A stretch of 64,000 bases of DNA from Phaeosaccion multiseriatum (taxonomy: Eukaryota; Protista; Ochrophyta, other classes), in assembly GCA_965112735.1 (NCBI GenBank), contig OZ218959.1, forward strand, positions 372,001-436,000. The letters are read 5' to 3'. Both the position numbers and the translations under genes were made by a program. Shown piece after piece: positions 48,501 through 64,000 of this stretch. The stretch's first letter is position 1; every line of letters starts with the position of its first letter. Below the pieces are notes generated by a model. The model searched no databases. It was not told the origin of the DNA and was given only the letters and a program-made list of their open reading frames with translations.

Positions 48501-50116
48501 CTACCCCCTCTCCCTCTCCTTCTCCCTGCCTGTGCTTCTGTATGCCATTGGCGCTCTCTGCGGTGGGATCGTCGTCGCTATCCATCACGTCTGCTCCTCC
48601 ATCTGCGTCGCCATTTGTTGCAGGGGCAGAGACAGTGTCCTTATCCTTGACGAGCCCAGCCCCACCTGCTTCTGCTGCTGCTGCTGCTGCTGCGTCTTCT
48701 ACTGTTTCTGCACCATCCGTGCCGAGCGAAAGGAAGGGACGAGAGGAGACGGTTGCGAGCGATGAGATGATCTAACTGCGTGGATAGTGAACACAAGAGG
48801 TGGGAGACGAGCGAGAAGCCTCGCCTTGCCGGCGCCGAAGCAAAGGGAGGAAGGAAACACCACACGTTTGGTACCAGACAGGCGTGCAGACTGAAGCCTA
48901 CAACGGGCAACGTCCCGCCGGACCCGTCCTCCCAACTCACCGTCTACCGCTGCGGCTCGTGGTGGTGTCTTCTGAGTGCTCCCCTCCCCCCCCTCCCCTT
49001 GCCCGTTGAGCTGCCTCCGCTGCTCCGTCTCCATGAGCTCGTCGTCTGGACTCTCCATCACCTCGCCCAGGAGGGCCTGTGGTACCGTGCACGTGGGAGG
49101 GAGGGGAGTTGAGTCGCTCGCTCTGGCTTGATCAGTACCGAACGTGTCATAAATCACCCTACATGCGTAAGGCGTCGCCTGTCACGCCTGGCAGGGGGGT
49201 GGGGGTGTTCAACATACAGCTCCAGACAGCAGCTCTACACGCGGCTTCGCACGGGTGGAAGGCTGGCACCCCTGCCACTTCACTCGTGGCTCAAATCTCT
49301 AAGCCCATGGGATCCCATCCCTTCCTCATCTCTCCCCAGTCCGGCAACAAGTGACGGAGGTTTTGTACAAAGAAAAAGAGAAAAGGGGGGCGCGGAGCAC
49401 AGCAAGGCCCGGCAGGAGCGGAAATTCATCCATATCCCTCACCTGCGTGGTGTGATCTGCCCTCTTCCCTCGGCGGTGCTGATGCCCCCAGCAGGGGCGG
49501 CAGTAGGGCTCATCGCAGTTGAGGCAGATGAGCTCTGCTGTCTGGTCCTCGCACTGGATACATGTCAGGCCCGCCTCTTGCTGCTGCTGCTGTGCGTCCC
49601 GATTACTATCTGGTGGACCAGCGGGAGGAGGTGGGGTGTGGTCGCGAGTCTTCAGGGACGGTTTGGAAGGTGGGGGGGGGGGAGGGAGAGGGGGGTAGGG
49701 GAAGGGCAGGGAGAGGAAGACAGCGAGAGAGCCGATTAGTGGTCGCCAAGGATGCTCTGCCAATGGCGAAGATAGAAGGATTGGGGCGGAGGATCAAGAG
49801 AGAGGGGGAGGGAGTGCTGGAAGGTGGCACAGGCACGCAAGGGGACAGTGAAGGAGAAACGTAGAGGTAACATGCAGTGAGAGAGAAAAGAAGCAGCAGC
49901 TGCTGCAGTAGCGGCAATAGCATGCATCGAATGCAGCCGCCGGTGCCGTACGAAGGGAGTAAAAAGCAGCAAAAGGGGAAGAGGGAAGAAAGAGGGAGAG
50001 GGAAGATGGGAAAATGAAGCAACTTTTCGGCGCCTTACCTCTTCGCTGCTGCTTCTACGGATGTGGCGAACCTTCTCCCTCAGCGACTCAGCGTACCCGC
50101 CCTCTCTATCGTCCAT
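45516..50116 (-). CDS. UPF0652/DUF2009 family protein with N-terminal B-box zinc finger, multi-exon
   Basis: B-box CIQCED...CLNCDEPYCRPCWGHQHRRGKRADH. Family motifs [87 protein letters not shown]. Confidence 0.9.
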
Positions 50117-50752
50117 GCTTGCCCTTGTCTCTTTTTCCCTCGTTATCGCTACACTGATTTCTCCTAAGCCAATTATAACCCCGGGGGCCGCACCCGTTGC
50201 TCGCCTCCTCCCGCAACTCTCCCTCTCTCTCTCCCCCTCTCTCTAGTTTTTCCCTACGCAGCTCTAACAAAAGCAGCCGTGGATATAAGACAGGTACAAG
50301 GAGGAGAGAGTATAGGGAGGAGCAAGCACTAGGGGAGGGACAGGCAAGCAGAGGGAGCAAGGTACGAGGAAAGAGGGGAGGAGAGAAGGAGGCGCCTCTG
50401 CTTGCGCGCAGACGGTGGGGGGTCGAGGGATTGTGGATGCCAACCAAACGACTCTGTTTGGTTGGGCCTGTGATTGTGGCGAACGGGAGCAAGTGAAGGA
50501 GCGGAGAGAGCATCCACTGCCTGTGGTTGCTGCTCTGCTCCCAGGCCTGCTCTGTTGCAGTCCACGCTCTGTTGCAGTCCACGCTTCCACTTTATTGGGG
50601 GCGCAACCGTCGCTCTCGCTCACTTCGCTGCTGCTACTGTGTAGCTGATCCTATGAACCACATTGTGACTCGTCTCAAGCCCCTCCAACCCTCCCCTCCG
50701 GCGCCCTTCTCACCCACAGGCCAGCTCTCTGTCCTCTGAAAAGGCGACAGCC

Positions 50753-51055
50753 ATGGCGTCTTCTCCGCGCAGCCGTGACACATGCGGGCCAATGTCTCGC
50801 AGGCCGTCCGACCTGTCTCGCTTGGGCAGCGCACGCAACCTGCGCAGCGAGAAGGAGCAGGCAGACCGGTTGTGTGGCCTCATCTCAGAGAGAGACGCAG
50901 CCATCAACGCGCTAGAGTACGAGGTTCAGCGGCTGACCAACGAGTTGCAGTCGGCCACCAAGGTAGGTATACAAGTCTCAGGATGATGAGCCCCGTGGGC
51001 GAGCACTGTCAATGGGGGATTTGCTTCGGACGATCTGCGCCTCACACCGCTGCTC

Positions 51056-51086
<31 letters not shown>

Positions 51087-53886
51087 GTCCCTCCCTCCCG
51101 CACACCCCTCTCCTGTCGTCCTCGTCCTGCAGGTGGTGAAGCGCGAGCACCCGCTGGAGCCTGTGATCCACCTCGTAGACGAACAGGGAACAAGAGGTAT
51201 GACTACGTACGCGCACACACGCGCCCAGGACCCTCACCCCTAACCTCACCCTCTCCCTCACCCTCACCCCTTACCTCACTCACCCCCTCCCCTTCCCCCT
51301 CACGCCCCACGCCCCACCCCTCAACCCTCATCCCCCTCTCTCAGGGACACACATGGGCCGTACGGCCTCAATGGCCACTGCCACGGCTCTCCGTGACATG
51401 GGGCCCACTAAGAAGAAAGACGAGCTCGCACAGAAGCTTGTGGGGGTGTTCAAAGCCCCCAAGGACCATGCTGCTTACCTCACTTCGAGGCTCTTCGCTA
51501 AGGATATCATGAAGCTGTGCAAGCGCGTGTCCGGCATCTTTGAGGCAGAACCCCGCTGTCAGTTCGTGCAGAGCCCGGTCTATGTGTTTGGGGATATTCA
51601 TGGAAACCTGGAGGTATGTGTGTAAGGAGAGAGAGAGAGAGGAGAGAGGGGGGGAGAGAGGGAGAGGTAGAGAGAAAGGAGAGAGGGAGGGAGAGAGAGA
51701 CACGGAGAGGCCGAAGAGCGGTGGGCATTAGTTCTCCCATTCGCTGCCCATTGTGTTGCTCTCTCTGCCTATCCCGTTTCCTTCCTCGTCGCCTCGCGTC
51801 AGGATGGGAAGGGCATGAGAAGAACTCCACCACTAGCCTCGCTCGGGCAGGGGCTGACTCCTGTCTCTCCCTCTGTCTCCTTGCCTGCCTTCCTGCCTGC
51901 TTCCCTTCGTCTCTCCACCTGCTTGCCTGCTGGCCTACCTGCCTGCCTTCCTGTCCACACAGGACCTGCACTTCTTCGCAGACAACATCTGGAAGCTTGG
52001 AATGAACCTCACAGCGGGAAAGTTCCTCTTCCTTGGCGACTATGTGGATCGCGGCTTGCTGGGCTTAGAAGTGCTGGCCTATCTCTTTGCTCTCAAGATT
52101 GAGCACCCCGACAAGCTCATCATGCTGCGCGGGAACCACGAGCTACGCGATGTCAATGGCTGGGTGGAGTACTACCGTGAGAAGTCCTTCCTATGGCAGT
52201 GTCAGCATCGCTTTGACGACGAACTCGGGGAGGAGGTGTGGGAGGCTTGTAACGCTGTGTTCGACAGACTGCCCTTGGCCGCGGTCATTGACCACGACAT
52301 TTTCTGCGTACACGGGGGCATCCCCCGGCCAATGGTTGACTCCTCTTCACGCATCCAAGACTTGCTGACCGTGCCGGCAGTGGCTGGGGTATGTCCACCC
52401 AACGAGCTTGAGACGTTCGAGTCACAGCAGATTGCGTCTGATTGTTTGTGGAGCGACCCGGCCAAGGAGGACCAAGAGCGGGCACTTGATGACACAGGCT
52501 TCGGCGAGAGTCTGAGGGGGGGGGGTGCTATTTGCTTCGGAGCCAAGGCGATAGACGACTTCCTTAAAGAAGGGAACCTCAGCTATATTGTGCGGGCGCA
52601 CGAGGCTCACAGCGAGGGGGTTTCACTCTCCAAGGGGGCCAAGGTGTTTACGGTGTTTAGCACCAGCAAGGATCACGGGCAGGGCAAGGGGGCGATGTGC
52701 GGATGCATACTCGTAGACTTTGACAAGATTCAGGTGAGGGAGGGGAAGGGCTGCATTGATTGGAGAAGGAGAGGGCTGGATTGACTCCTTGACTTATCTA
52801 CCTATCTTACTTGCAGGGGACTTAATCGACTGTTCGACTGTCTGCACATCTTCGGCGGACAACAGGCAGGGCCTGAATTGCTTTTTCGACTCGCTATCTG
52901 TCAAGTCTGTATTGTATTGGATTGGATTGGCTCGGGCAGAGAGGATTGGGCGTGTGTCAAGTCTGTATTGGCTTGGGCAGAGAGGATTGGGTGTGTTTCA
53001 AGTCTGGATTGGCTTGGGCAGAAAGGGTTGGGCGTGTGTCCGCGGGGGCGTGGATGCTCGGCTCCTGTCCTGCCCGCGCCCCTCTTCCTCTCCCGCAATC
53101 TCTGTGTAACGCCATGTACTCACACTATACTCTCTCTCTCTCTCCCTCTCTCCTCTCTCCCCCCCCCCCCCTCCCCCTCTCTCTCTCCCTGACCCTTCCC
53201 AGGTGATCAATCGCTCGAGCCGTTACCGCAACAAGTATGTGCACCGCCGAGACTCCTTGTCCCTCGCGAATCTCTCTCTCGACGACAAGGAGAAGCTTGC
53301 GCACATCGGAGTAGTCACAGAGAACTACGCAGCATCAGCCAGGTTAGTAAGTCAGTAACAACGTGCGTGAGTGCGTGCGTGAGTGGGTGGGTGCGTGCGT
53401 GCCTGCGTGCGTTCACACTACACTGTCTGGGCGCCCCCCCGGGGGACTGTAGGATGCAGTGCAGTGCAGTGCAGTGCCGTGCCGTGCCGTGCCGTGCCGT
53501 GCGGTGTCTCGTTGCCGTACTCCGAGAGCGAGACTGTAGCACACCTCCCTCTCTCGCACCCTTACCTCCTCTGTCTCCCCGCCTCGCTCTGCTCTGCTCT
53601 GCCCTGCCCGTATGCCTCTGCTCTGCCCATACGCTACACCTATCCATCCATCCATCCATCCATCCGTCTATTGACCTATGTGTCCATCCATGCATTCATC
53701 CATCCATCCATCCATCCATCCATATACCTCTGTCTGTGCCTGCTCAGGAACGAGGACGACAGCGACGAGGACGAGGACGACTTCGAGGGCTACTACGATC
53801 ACGCCGTAGGGGAAGACAACTCAAGCGACGAGGAGACGAAGGGGGGCGGCGGCGGCGGGGATGGCAGCAGAAGGACCTCAAGGTGA
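50753..53886 (+). CDS. PPP-family Ser/Thr protein phosphatase with N-terminal coiled coil, about 6 exons
   Basis: Metallophosphoesterase signatures [26 protein letters not shown] and RAHE. Confidence 0.93.
52898..53040. repeat. Intronic tandem repeat, about 40-nt unit, 3 copies
   Basis: Repeated tcaagtctgtattggcttgggcagagaggattgggYgtgt. Confidence 0.85.
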
Positions 53887-54910
53887 CCCACCTCCGGCCT
53901 TCGACCTCATGCGAGGCCTTTCCTCCCGCCTACGTAGGCATACGTTGGCTCGGGCATGGGCAGGGGCATGCACAGGCATAAAGGCATACAGGGGTATACA
54001 GGCGCATACAGGCATATAGTCCATAGGGTATGGGCAGATAGAGTCCGTTGGCCTTAGGACTGCTGCTGCTGCTTGGAGAGCTGCGCCTTGCGGGGACGAC
54101 AAGGACAGTGGGGGCGGTGCCATGCACATGCAGGCGTATGGGCAGAGCAGAGCAGAGGCATATGGACAGAAACCGAGCAGTGCCGATACCGATACCTTAC
54201 TACCGGGGTGGGGCAGCCAACGTGTGTGCGGAGGTCAGCCAGTCAGTCAGTCAGTCTGTCTGTCTGTCTGTCTGTCAGTCAGTCAGTCAGTCAGTCAGGC
54301 ACCAAGGAGGGAAGGGGAGGGCCGCTGCGGTGGATGGAGGCACACGGGTATGCACGCCCCAGGGGGGGAGGCCGTTGGCTGGGACCGGGTGCTGGGCTTT
54401 GTGAATGCCCTATATAGGGTGGCACTGGATGGCAGCCGAACCGACAATGACACAATTAGACCGTCATTTTGTATCTCATAAAAAATAAAGTGTTTCTTCT
54501 GCTGTACTACTTGTGTTACGCAATATTATATAACGCAACGTCTCCACGACGCATCCTTTAAGTTAACGCATCCTTTAAGTCTCCACTCCTGAGTCTCCTC
54601 CGCACACACACACGCACACACACACTCATGAGCCTCAGTCTTACAGAGGGCATACACGTCGGGAAAGCGCTCCGCTTACCCATAACAGATGCCCATGACA
54701 GATGCCCACGACAGATGCCCATTGCGACACCCCATCCTTTGATACGCCAGAGTGACGCCCTTCCAGCGCCTTCCAGAGAGGCTCTTGTAGTGCCATCTTC
54801 TACCCACAACACAACACAACAAGAAGAAGCCTTCCACTGCCATCCTCTACCCGCTAGACCCATCCACTGCCATCTTCTACTCACAAGAAGAAGCCTTCCA
54901 CTGCCATCCT

Positions 54911-57900
54911 CTACGCCCCCTCCGCATTGGCAATCTCCCTCTGCATCAACCCTATCCTCTGCATGAGCTTCAAAGCGTCGTCCGTTTGGCCCCTCGTCTT
55001 GAGGAGTAGGGCAAGTAACTTGTCCCTGTGCAGGCGCTGCTTGACGAGTTCGAGGTAACCCGCCAGGTCAAGCTCGCCCGACTGCACCAGGCTGACGAGG
55101 TCGTAGAGCTGCTTCTCCAGGGTTAGCTGTTGGAGATACGCCAGTGAGCACAGCGAGAGACGGAGCAGCAGTGGCAGTGGGCCATAGAGAGGGGAGGGGA
55201 GACGGGGGAGCATTTAGGAGTGAAACCGAGCAGCAGTGCGGGCGGGTGTAGAGCCGGCTGGAATGCGGCGGCCACGGCCCTTCTCCCTCCCTCAGTCCAT
55301 CCCTCCCTCCCTCCGTCCGTCCTTCCTTCCTTCCTTCCTTCCTTCCTTCCTTCCTTCCTTCCTTCCTTCCTTCCTTTCTTCCATCCTTCCCTCCTCCCTC
55401 CCTCCCTCCCTCCGTCCGTCCGTCCTTCCCTCCCACCCACCCTCCCTCACCTTCCTCACTCGCTGCGACGTGTCCGTGGGGTCACCGATGGCGGCGATCT
55501 CTGCCTCAAGCACATCGTTAGAGAACATGTGCTGAGGGGCGAAGGGGTCATTCTTTTCATCCGCAGTCAAGATAGCGAATGCATCATTCTCCTCCTCCTC
55601 TTCTTCCCCCTCCTCCTCCTCCTCCTCCTCCTCCTCCTCCTCCTCCTCTCCATCCTCCTCCTCCCCCGCCTCCTCGCCCTCGTCCTCGTGCTGGTCACTT
55701 TCAACCATGGCCTCCTGCCCCCCCCCCGCCCCTCCTCCTCCCGCCCCTCCCCCTCCGCCGTCGCCCTCCTCCGCTGCCCCGAGGAACCATTGGCCGATGA
55801 CCAGCTCCTTCTCCTCCGAGCGCGACACCTCATCCGCCTGAATGGGGGTGTTGAGCCTGATACACACGCTCAAAGACCCTCCCAGCTCCCGTCGACCCTC
55901 CGACAGCAGAGGCGCGTCAACTGAAACCTCGCACTGAGTCAGGAGGGGTTGCAGCGGCACTAGCACCCTGGCTACTACCTCCTCCCCTCCGCTGAAGATG
56001 AAACCTCCCTTGCGTCTCTTGACCTCCACGTGTGCCTGTGGGTAGTGATGGAGAGAGCAGAGCGACAACAGAACGACAGCAGAGCGTTAGTAGCAGCGGC
56101 AGCAGAGGTCAATCAATGCGAGTGTTCGATGTCGAGGCATTGGGGTACCTCTGTCTGGCGAGAGAGAGAGAGAGATGGGAGAGAGACAGAGATATAAAGA
56201 GATGGAGAAGAAGAGGGTGACGGAGAGAGAGAGAAAGAAAGAAGAGAGAGGCAGAGCGATTCAAATGTACCCCCGACCGTTCCCTCTCCTGAGAACATTC
56301 CCCCCCCCGGGGGCCTTACCTTGCGGTGGTTGAAGGCAAGCCTCGTGCTGGTGCAGCGCTGGAGCTTGGCTTTGCCGCTAAAGGCAAAGTCGGCCTCGTC
56401 CTGCCCACCCTCAACCTTCAGCACGGGAGTCTCGCCCGCGCCCACACTCCTGTCCTTATCCGCGTTCATCTCGTAGCTGAGGAAGAGACTGAGAAGTCAT
56501 ATGGGCAGAGGCATTGCATGGGGCAAGGGCAGGGGCAGTCATATGGGCAGGGGCATGGCATGGGGCAGGGGCATTGCATGGGGCAGGGGTAAGGTCACGC
56601 AGTAGAGTGAGGTGTGAGTGAGACGCCACAGGGCACCGTGTAGAGAGTAGAGAGAAGAGCAAGGACAAGGAAGCAGGTATAAGAGGCACAATCGAGGGGG
56701 GCAGCGAGAGGGGGGGGGGGGACGGACGGACGGAGGGAGGGAGGGAGGGAGGGAGGGAGGGAGGGAGGGAGAGGAGGAGGCACGGGGCAAGGTGTCTCAC
56801 CTGTGCTTCTTGTCCTTCTCATCAAGGACGTTGGAGAGGCCGGAGATGAGGCCAAACTCAAACTGCACCTCGTCCTTGGCCACCTGAAGGAAGGGAGAGG
56901 AGGGAAGGGGAGGGGAGGGGAGGGGAGGGGATAGGAGGGAGGGGGAGGGGAAGGGGAAGGGAAGGGGAAGGGAAGGGAAGGGGAGGGGAGGGGAGGGAAG
57001 GGGAGGGGAGGGGAGGGGAGGGGGTGGTAAGCGAGAGAACAGGGGGGGAGTGACACGAGAAGCGCAGGGGCAGGGGCAGGGTGCACGGAGCAGGGGGCAT
57101 ATGGGCAAGGGCAGCAAGCGACCGCTGGGGCACTCCTCCGGAGCTCCCTCCACAGCAGACACTGAGCCTGGCCCCTTGTCACCCCTACACGCGGCGACCC
57201 GCCTCAGCGCTCAGTATTGAGCACTGCTGATGCTCCTCTAACAGCCACACACCACACACCTCCGGAAGCACGTGTATTCTGTTCCTCTTGACCACCTCCC
57301 AGTGCCAGTCCGGAGGGCGCGCCCCGGGGATGGTCTGAAGCTCCCTTGTTTTCTGTAACGCCTTTTGCAGAGCCTTGTACTGCGCAAGAGAGACGCGGGG
57401 CGGGGTGTGGCGTGCGAAGAGAGTAGGTGTCATGTCGTGTGGTGTGTGGGTGCGTGAGTGAGCGAGGCCCGCACAGGCAGGGGGCAAGTGGCGCAAGTGG
57501 AGCAAGTCAGCAGGTGAGCACGTGATCAAGTGCTTGCAGGGAGGCAGGCATCGACTCCCCCACCCCTCCACCCCACTCACTGCCTCACCTTCCTCCCCTC
57601 GAGTAGCGCTGCCTCCTTGTCGATCTTTATCAGCGCCTTCGCCCTCTCGGCGTAGCTCTGAGCGTGCATGATTGGCGGGAGTGCGTGCGTGCGTGAGCGC
57701 GTGAGGGGGGAGGTGGGTGGGGAGGGGGGGGGCAGCGCTTGACACACGACACTTGTCTTGCTGCCTAAGAGGGAGAGAGACAGTCAGTCAGTCAGTCAGT
57801 CAGTCAGTCAGTCAGTCAGTCAGTCAGTCAGTCAGTCAGTCAGTCAGTCAGTCAGTCAGTCAGTCAATCAGTCAGTCAGTCAATCAGTCAGTCTATCCCC

Positions 57901-60712
57901 TCGAAGCAGTCCTTGCCTCCCTCTCTCTGCCCCCTGACCTTGATGGCAACAATGAGTGCTTCCTCAAAGGCGCGAAAGGCCTCTGCCTGGTGGGGCCCTG
58001 ACGTACTCGAGTGCAGCACAACGCTGAGGACGGCATTGGATGGCAGTGGATGGATGGAGGGAGGGGGGGAGGGGAAAGGAGGGAGGAAGGGGAGAGGGAG
58101 TTCGTTGTTGAGGGAGGGGCAGGCAGGACAGCCCTATCCCCCATCACCTCCCACATACAAACACCAGCCCAGGACAGCGGCAAACGTACAGCGGCAAGCG
58201 CACAGCGGCAAGCGCACAGCGGTCTCTCTTCTCTCGACCCACCCCCCATCCACCGTCATCCCTTCCCCTCTATCCCCATCCACTGCCATCCCCTGTACCT
58301 TGGGGACCCTTGGGTGCTCTTGGAACCCGATCGTGAAGCTCTCCTGCGGGGGTCGGACTGCTGCTGCTGCTGCTGTGAAGATTTCCGCCGCTGCGTGGAG
58401 GGCCGCCTGTCCGACCCCGCTCCTTTCCTCTCTGACGAGGAGAGGGAGAGAGAGAGAGAGAGAGAGAGTAGAGCTCTGAGTTAGACTTGGGGACTTGGGT
58501 GCTGTGGACAGATCTCGTTACGGTGTGCACGCATTGTGAGTGAGTCAGTGAGTGAGGTAGTGAAGGAGGGGGTGAGTGAGTCAGTGAGTGAGTCAGTGAG
58601 TGAGTCAGTGAGTGAGTGAGTGAGTGAGTGAGTGAGTGAGTGAGTGAGTGAGAGGGGGAGTGAGTCGGTGAGTGAGTGAGTGAGTGAGTCAGTGAGGGAG
58701 AGGGTGAGTGAGCCAGTGAGTGAGTGAGTGAGTCAAGGGAGTGAGTGAGGGAGGGAGTGAGTGAGTAGACCCGTCTCCGTCTCAGCCACGGACGGTGATA
58801 CCATACCCCCTCACCTTCAAGCGCCCCCCCCCGCCCCTCCCCCTCCCCTTGCCCTCCCTCCATCTGTGACTCCAAGTGCTTCGCTCGCTTGAGCTGTCAT
58901 GGCCATAGCCGTAAGGGGGGACGGGAGGGGAGGAGAGCAAGGGGGGGGGAGGGGAGGCAGATGGCGAGTCACGCACGCACACACAGAGGGTCAGGGCGAG
59001 GCGAGCGAAGGCCTGGCTCTAGCAGGCATGCTTTCCTGCGCCACTCTCTCTGCCTGGCGCCCTCTCTCTCCCTCTCTTTCTCTCTCTGTGTGGTGAGCGT
59101 GCGATTTATGCGTGTATGGGCTCTCCTCCCCTCCACTTCCTGTCCCTGTGGCCATACCTGTTCCAGCGCCTCATCCGTCTTCCCTTCCTTACTGAGTCGC
59201 AGCGCCGATCGCTTCAGAGCCAGAGCTTGCTGGCGGAGGCTGTTGTGGGCCGCGGGGGCAGGGGCGGCCGGAGGAGCAGCAGCAGCAGTAGCAGCAGCAG
59301 CAACAGTGGGACGACGAGGAGGAGGAGGAGGAGGAGGAGGAGGAGGAGAAGGAGCAGTGGTTCGCGCCGGGCGGGGGGGAGGGGGCGGGGCAGCATTGCC
59401 CGCGACAGAGAGGTGGACCGTTTGGGTTTCTGCCACCTTGGAGAGAGAGAGGGCAAGAGGGCACACAGAGCGAGCAGCGGACACGCACGGACCATGGGGC
59501 GGTGAGACGCGTCCTCCTATCCAAAGGGGAGGGGGGAGGAGGGAGGGGGGAGGCGCAGGGAAAGTGCAGACGCGGAAACCCTCCCGCCCGCTCTTCTTGT
59601 TTAGGCGATGGATCACGGATCTGCCTGCCCATGTGCCTGCCCATATGCCTGCCCATATGCCTGCCCATATGCCTGCCCATATGCCTGCCCATTTGACTGC
59701 CCATGTGCCTCCATCCGTCTGTGTGTCCTGACCCCCCTTACCTGGTGCACGGCGTCGAGTTTCCTGCGCACCCCAAGCTCCTGCTCCAGGGCCTTCGCGC
59801 TTCGCATGCACTCGATGGCCTGGATGGAGGCACATGGGCATGGGCAAAGGACGGGGCAAGGACGGGGCATATCAAATGCAATGAGGACGAGGACGGACGG
59901 TTTCCCCACATGTCAGAGGCAAATGGGCCACCGCAGGAGGAGCAGGAGGAGTTAATGAAGGGGGGAGTTTGGCGAAGTACAAAGAAGAGAGAAGGACTAT
60001 GAACATGAGCACCAACACGCTATGGTGTCAGATGGAAGCTCTCTTGACTCACCCCTTCCATGTCTCCTTTGTGCTTTAGATCCATAGCCTTCCGCTTCGT
60101 CGCCAGTACTCTGCGCTGCAGCTCTGCAATCTCAGAGTCAACGACAGCCCCTCCTGCTTGCTCTACCTTCGCCGCTTCTGGAGGGGGCATCGGAGGTTTC
60201 TTTGACAATGCTCCAGAGGGTTGCTGCTCCCCCGTCCCTCCGTCTGTGACTCCCCCCTCCTCCTCCTCCTCCCCCTCCTCCTCCCCGAGACCGTCCTCGA
60301 GGCCTTCTTCCTCTCCGACGCCAGCACCTCCATCATCATCATCATCATCATCATCAGCATTCTCTCCCATGAGGTCCCCGAGCTCGGCCAAAAGAGAAGG
60401 GTCTTCTAAATCTAGGTCCGGGTCTATCTGCGGTACATATTCGCCCCCCGCAGCGAGCTGCATGGCTTTCTGGAGCGCCTCATTGGCCTTTTTCTCAGCT
60501 GCTGCCTTTGCTGCGGCCTCGTCTGTTGCACCTGCCCCTGCCGCTTTCACTCCGCTCCCCCCTCCGTCATCCCACCCTAAGGCGTTGAGCTCAGCGAGTA
60601 GGGACGGATCGTTCTCATTGAACGCCATGGGCAGTGACGGGTCCCCCTCTTCAGCACCCAACCCTGAAGCGCTCTTGGCCTTCGCCTCCTTCTCCTTCTT
60701 CCGTCGGAACAT
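54911..60712 (-). CDS. Coiled-coil and C2 domain protein (CC2D1/Lgd-like) with DM14-like helical repeats, multi-exon
   Basis: Two DPSLLAEL motifs, helical repeats (KRKAMDLKHKGDME-AIECMRSAKALE; KRSALRLSKEGKTDEAL), PPDWHWE, C2-end motif VPLQPLLTQCEV...RRELGGSLSVCIRLNTPI, and SNDVLEAEI. Confidence 0.8.
57781..57892. repeat. Intronic (CAGT/CTGA)n microsatellite
   Basis: About 27 near-perfect tetranucleotide copies. Confidence 0.95.
58535..58765. repeat. Intronic (GTGA/TCAC)n microsatellite
   Basis: Degenerate tetranucleotide array directly visible in the sequence. Confidence 0.95.
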
Positions 60713-61384
60713 CTTCCCTGGCAGTGTCTTGTTTGGAAAGAAGAAAAGAAGGATCAGCGGCCGGACTAGCTTTCAACCAGATGTAGGAATAGCAAAACAC
60801 AGGCAGGATAGTGGGGAACAAGCGACACCCGACCCATCCAATCCATCCATCCTGACTGTACCTGCTTAAAGCTTTAAAGCGAAGAAGGGGCCAAATAGAG
60901 AAAGAGCGAGAGAGTTGGCGATTCAATAACACTCACAGATGCGATCACAGTTTCAATTTCAATTTTTTCCCTTCCCCCACTTGCGGATCAACTTGAGAGA
61001 TGAATAGTATCATTAAGCTCAGCCGGTCCCTCCCCCCCCACGCGTGTGCTGTTGTCGTTGCTGCCGTTTTTGCCTTCTCCGCACCCGTCGCGACACGAAC
61101 TCCTTGTCCTTGTCCTTCCGCCTGACCTCCTTCGGCCTGGCTCTAGCTCTAGCTCTAGCTACCTCTGCCGTTTTTGCCTTCTCCGCACCCGTCGCGACAC
61201 GAACTCCTTGTCCTTGTCCTTCCGCCTGACCTCCTTCGGCCTGGCTCTAGCTCTAGCTCTAGCTACCTCCACCGTTTTTGCCTTCTCCGCACCCGTCGCG
61301 ACACGAACTCCTTGTCCTTGTCCTTCCGCCTGACCTCCTTCGGCCTGGCTCTAGCTCTAGCTCTAGCTCTAGCTACCTCCACAA

Positions 61385-64000
<2,616 letters not shown>

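Overview
Gene-dense, intron-rich nuclear DNA from a eukaryote, very likely a photosynthetic stramenopile (ochrophyte). Five genes encode a signal peptide followed by F or W at +1 (ASAFAP-type bipartite plastid targeting). Introns are spliceosomal GT-AG and rich in microsatellites, so most short six-frame ORFs are artefacts. About 18 spliced genes or partial genes can be modelled by eye. In order they are a partial gene, a C5orf34-like gene, a small secreted protein, a sodium:solute symporter, three tandem plastid bestrophin-like (BST/VCCN/UPF0187) channels, a SAM methyltransferase, plastid uroporphyrinogen-III synthase, WDR48/UAF1, a two-RRM RGG protein, otubain, a multi-TM protein, a plastid hypothetical protein, an ARL13-like GTPase with two N-terminal docking-type helical domains, a B-box/DUF2009 protein, a PPP phosphatase, a CC2D1/Lgd-like protein and a partial unknown gene. 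Most interesting: (1) the bestrophin triplet has near-identical cores but divergent tails that each contain a Trp (candidate pyrenoid/CO2-concentrating module); (2) three short inverted-repeat elements sharing TCRRCCCCTGAY flank that cluster; (3) intronic microsatellites whose units match splice-donor or branch-point motifs; (4) a tandem repeat that may be an exon plus 26-32 nt mini-intron unit. Family assignments come from remembered motifs, not database searches, and exon boundaries were read by eye.
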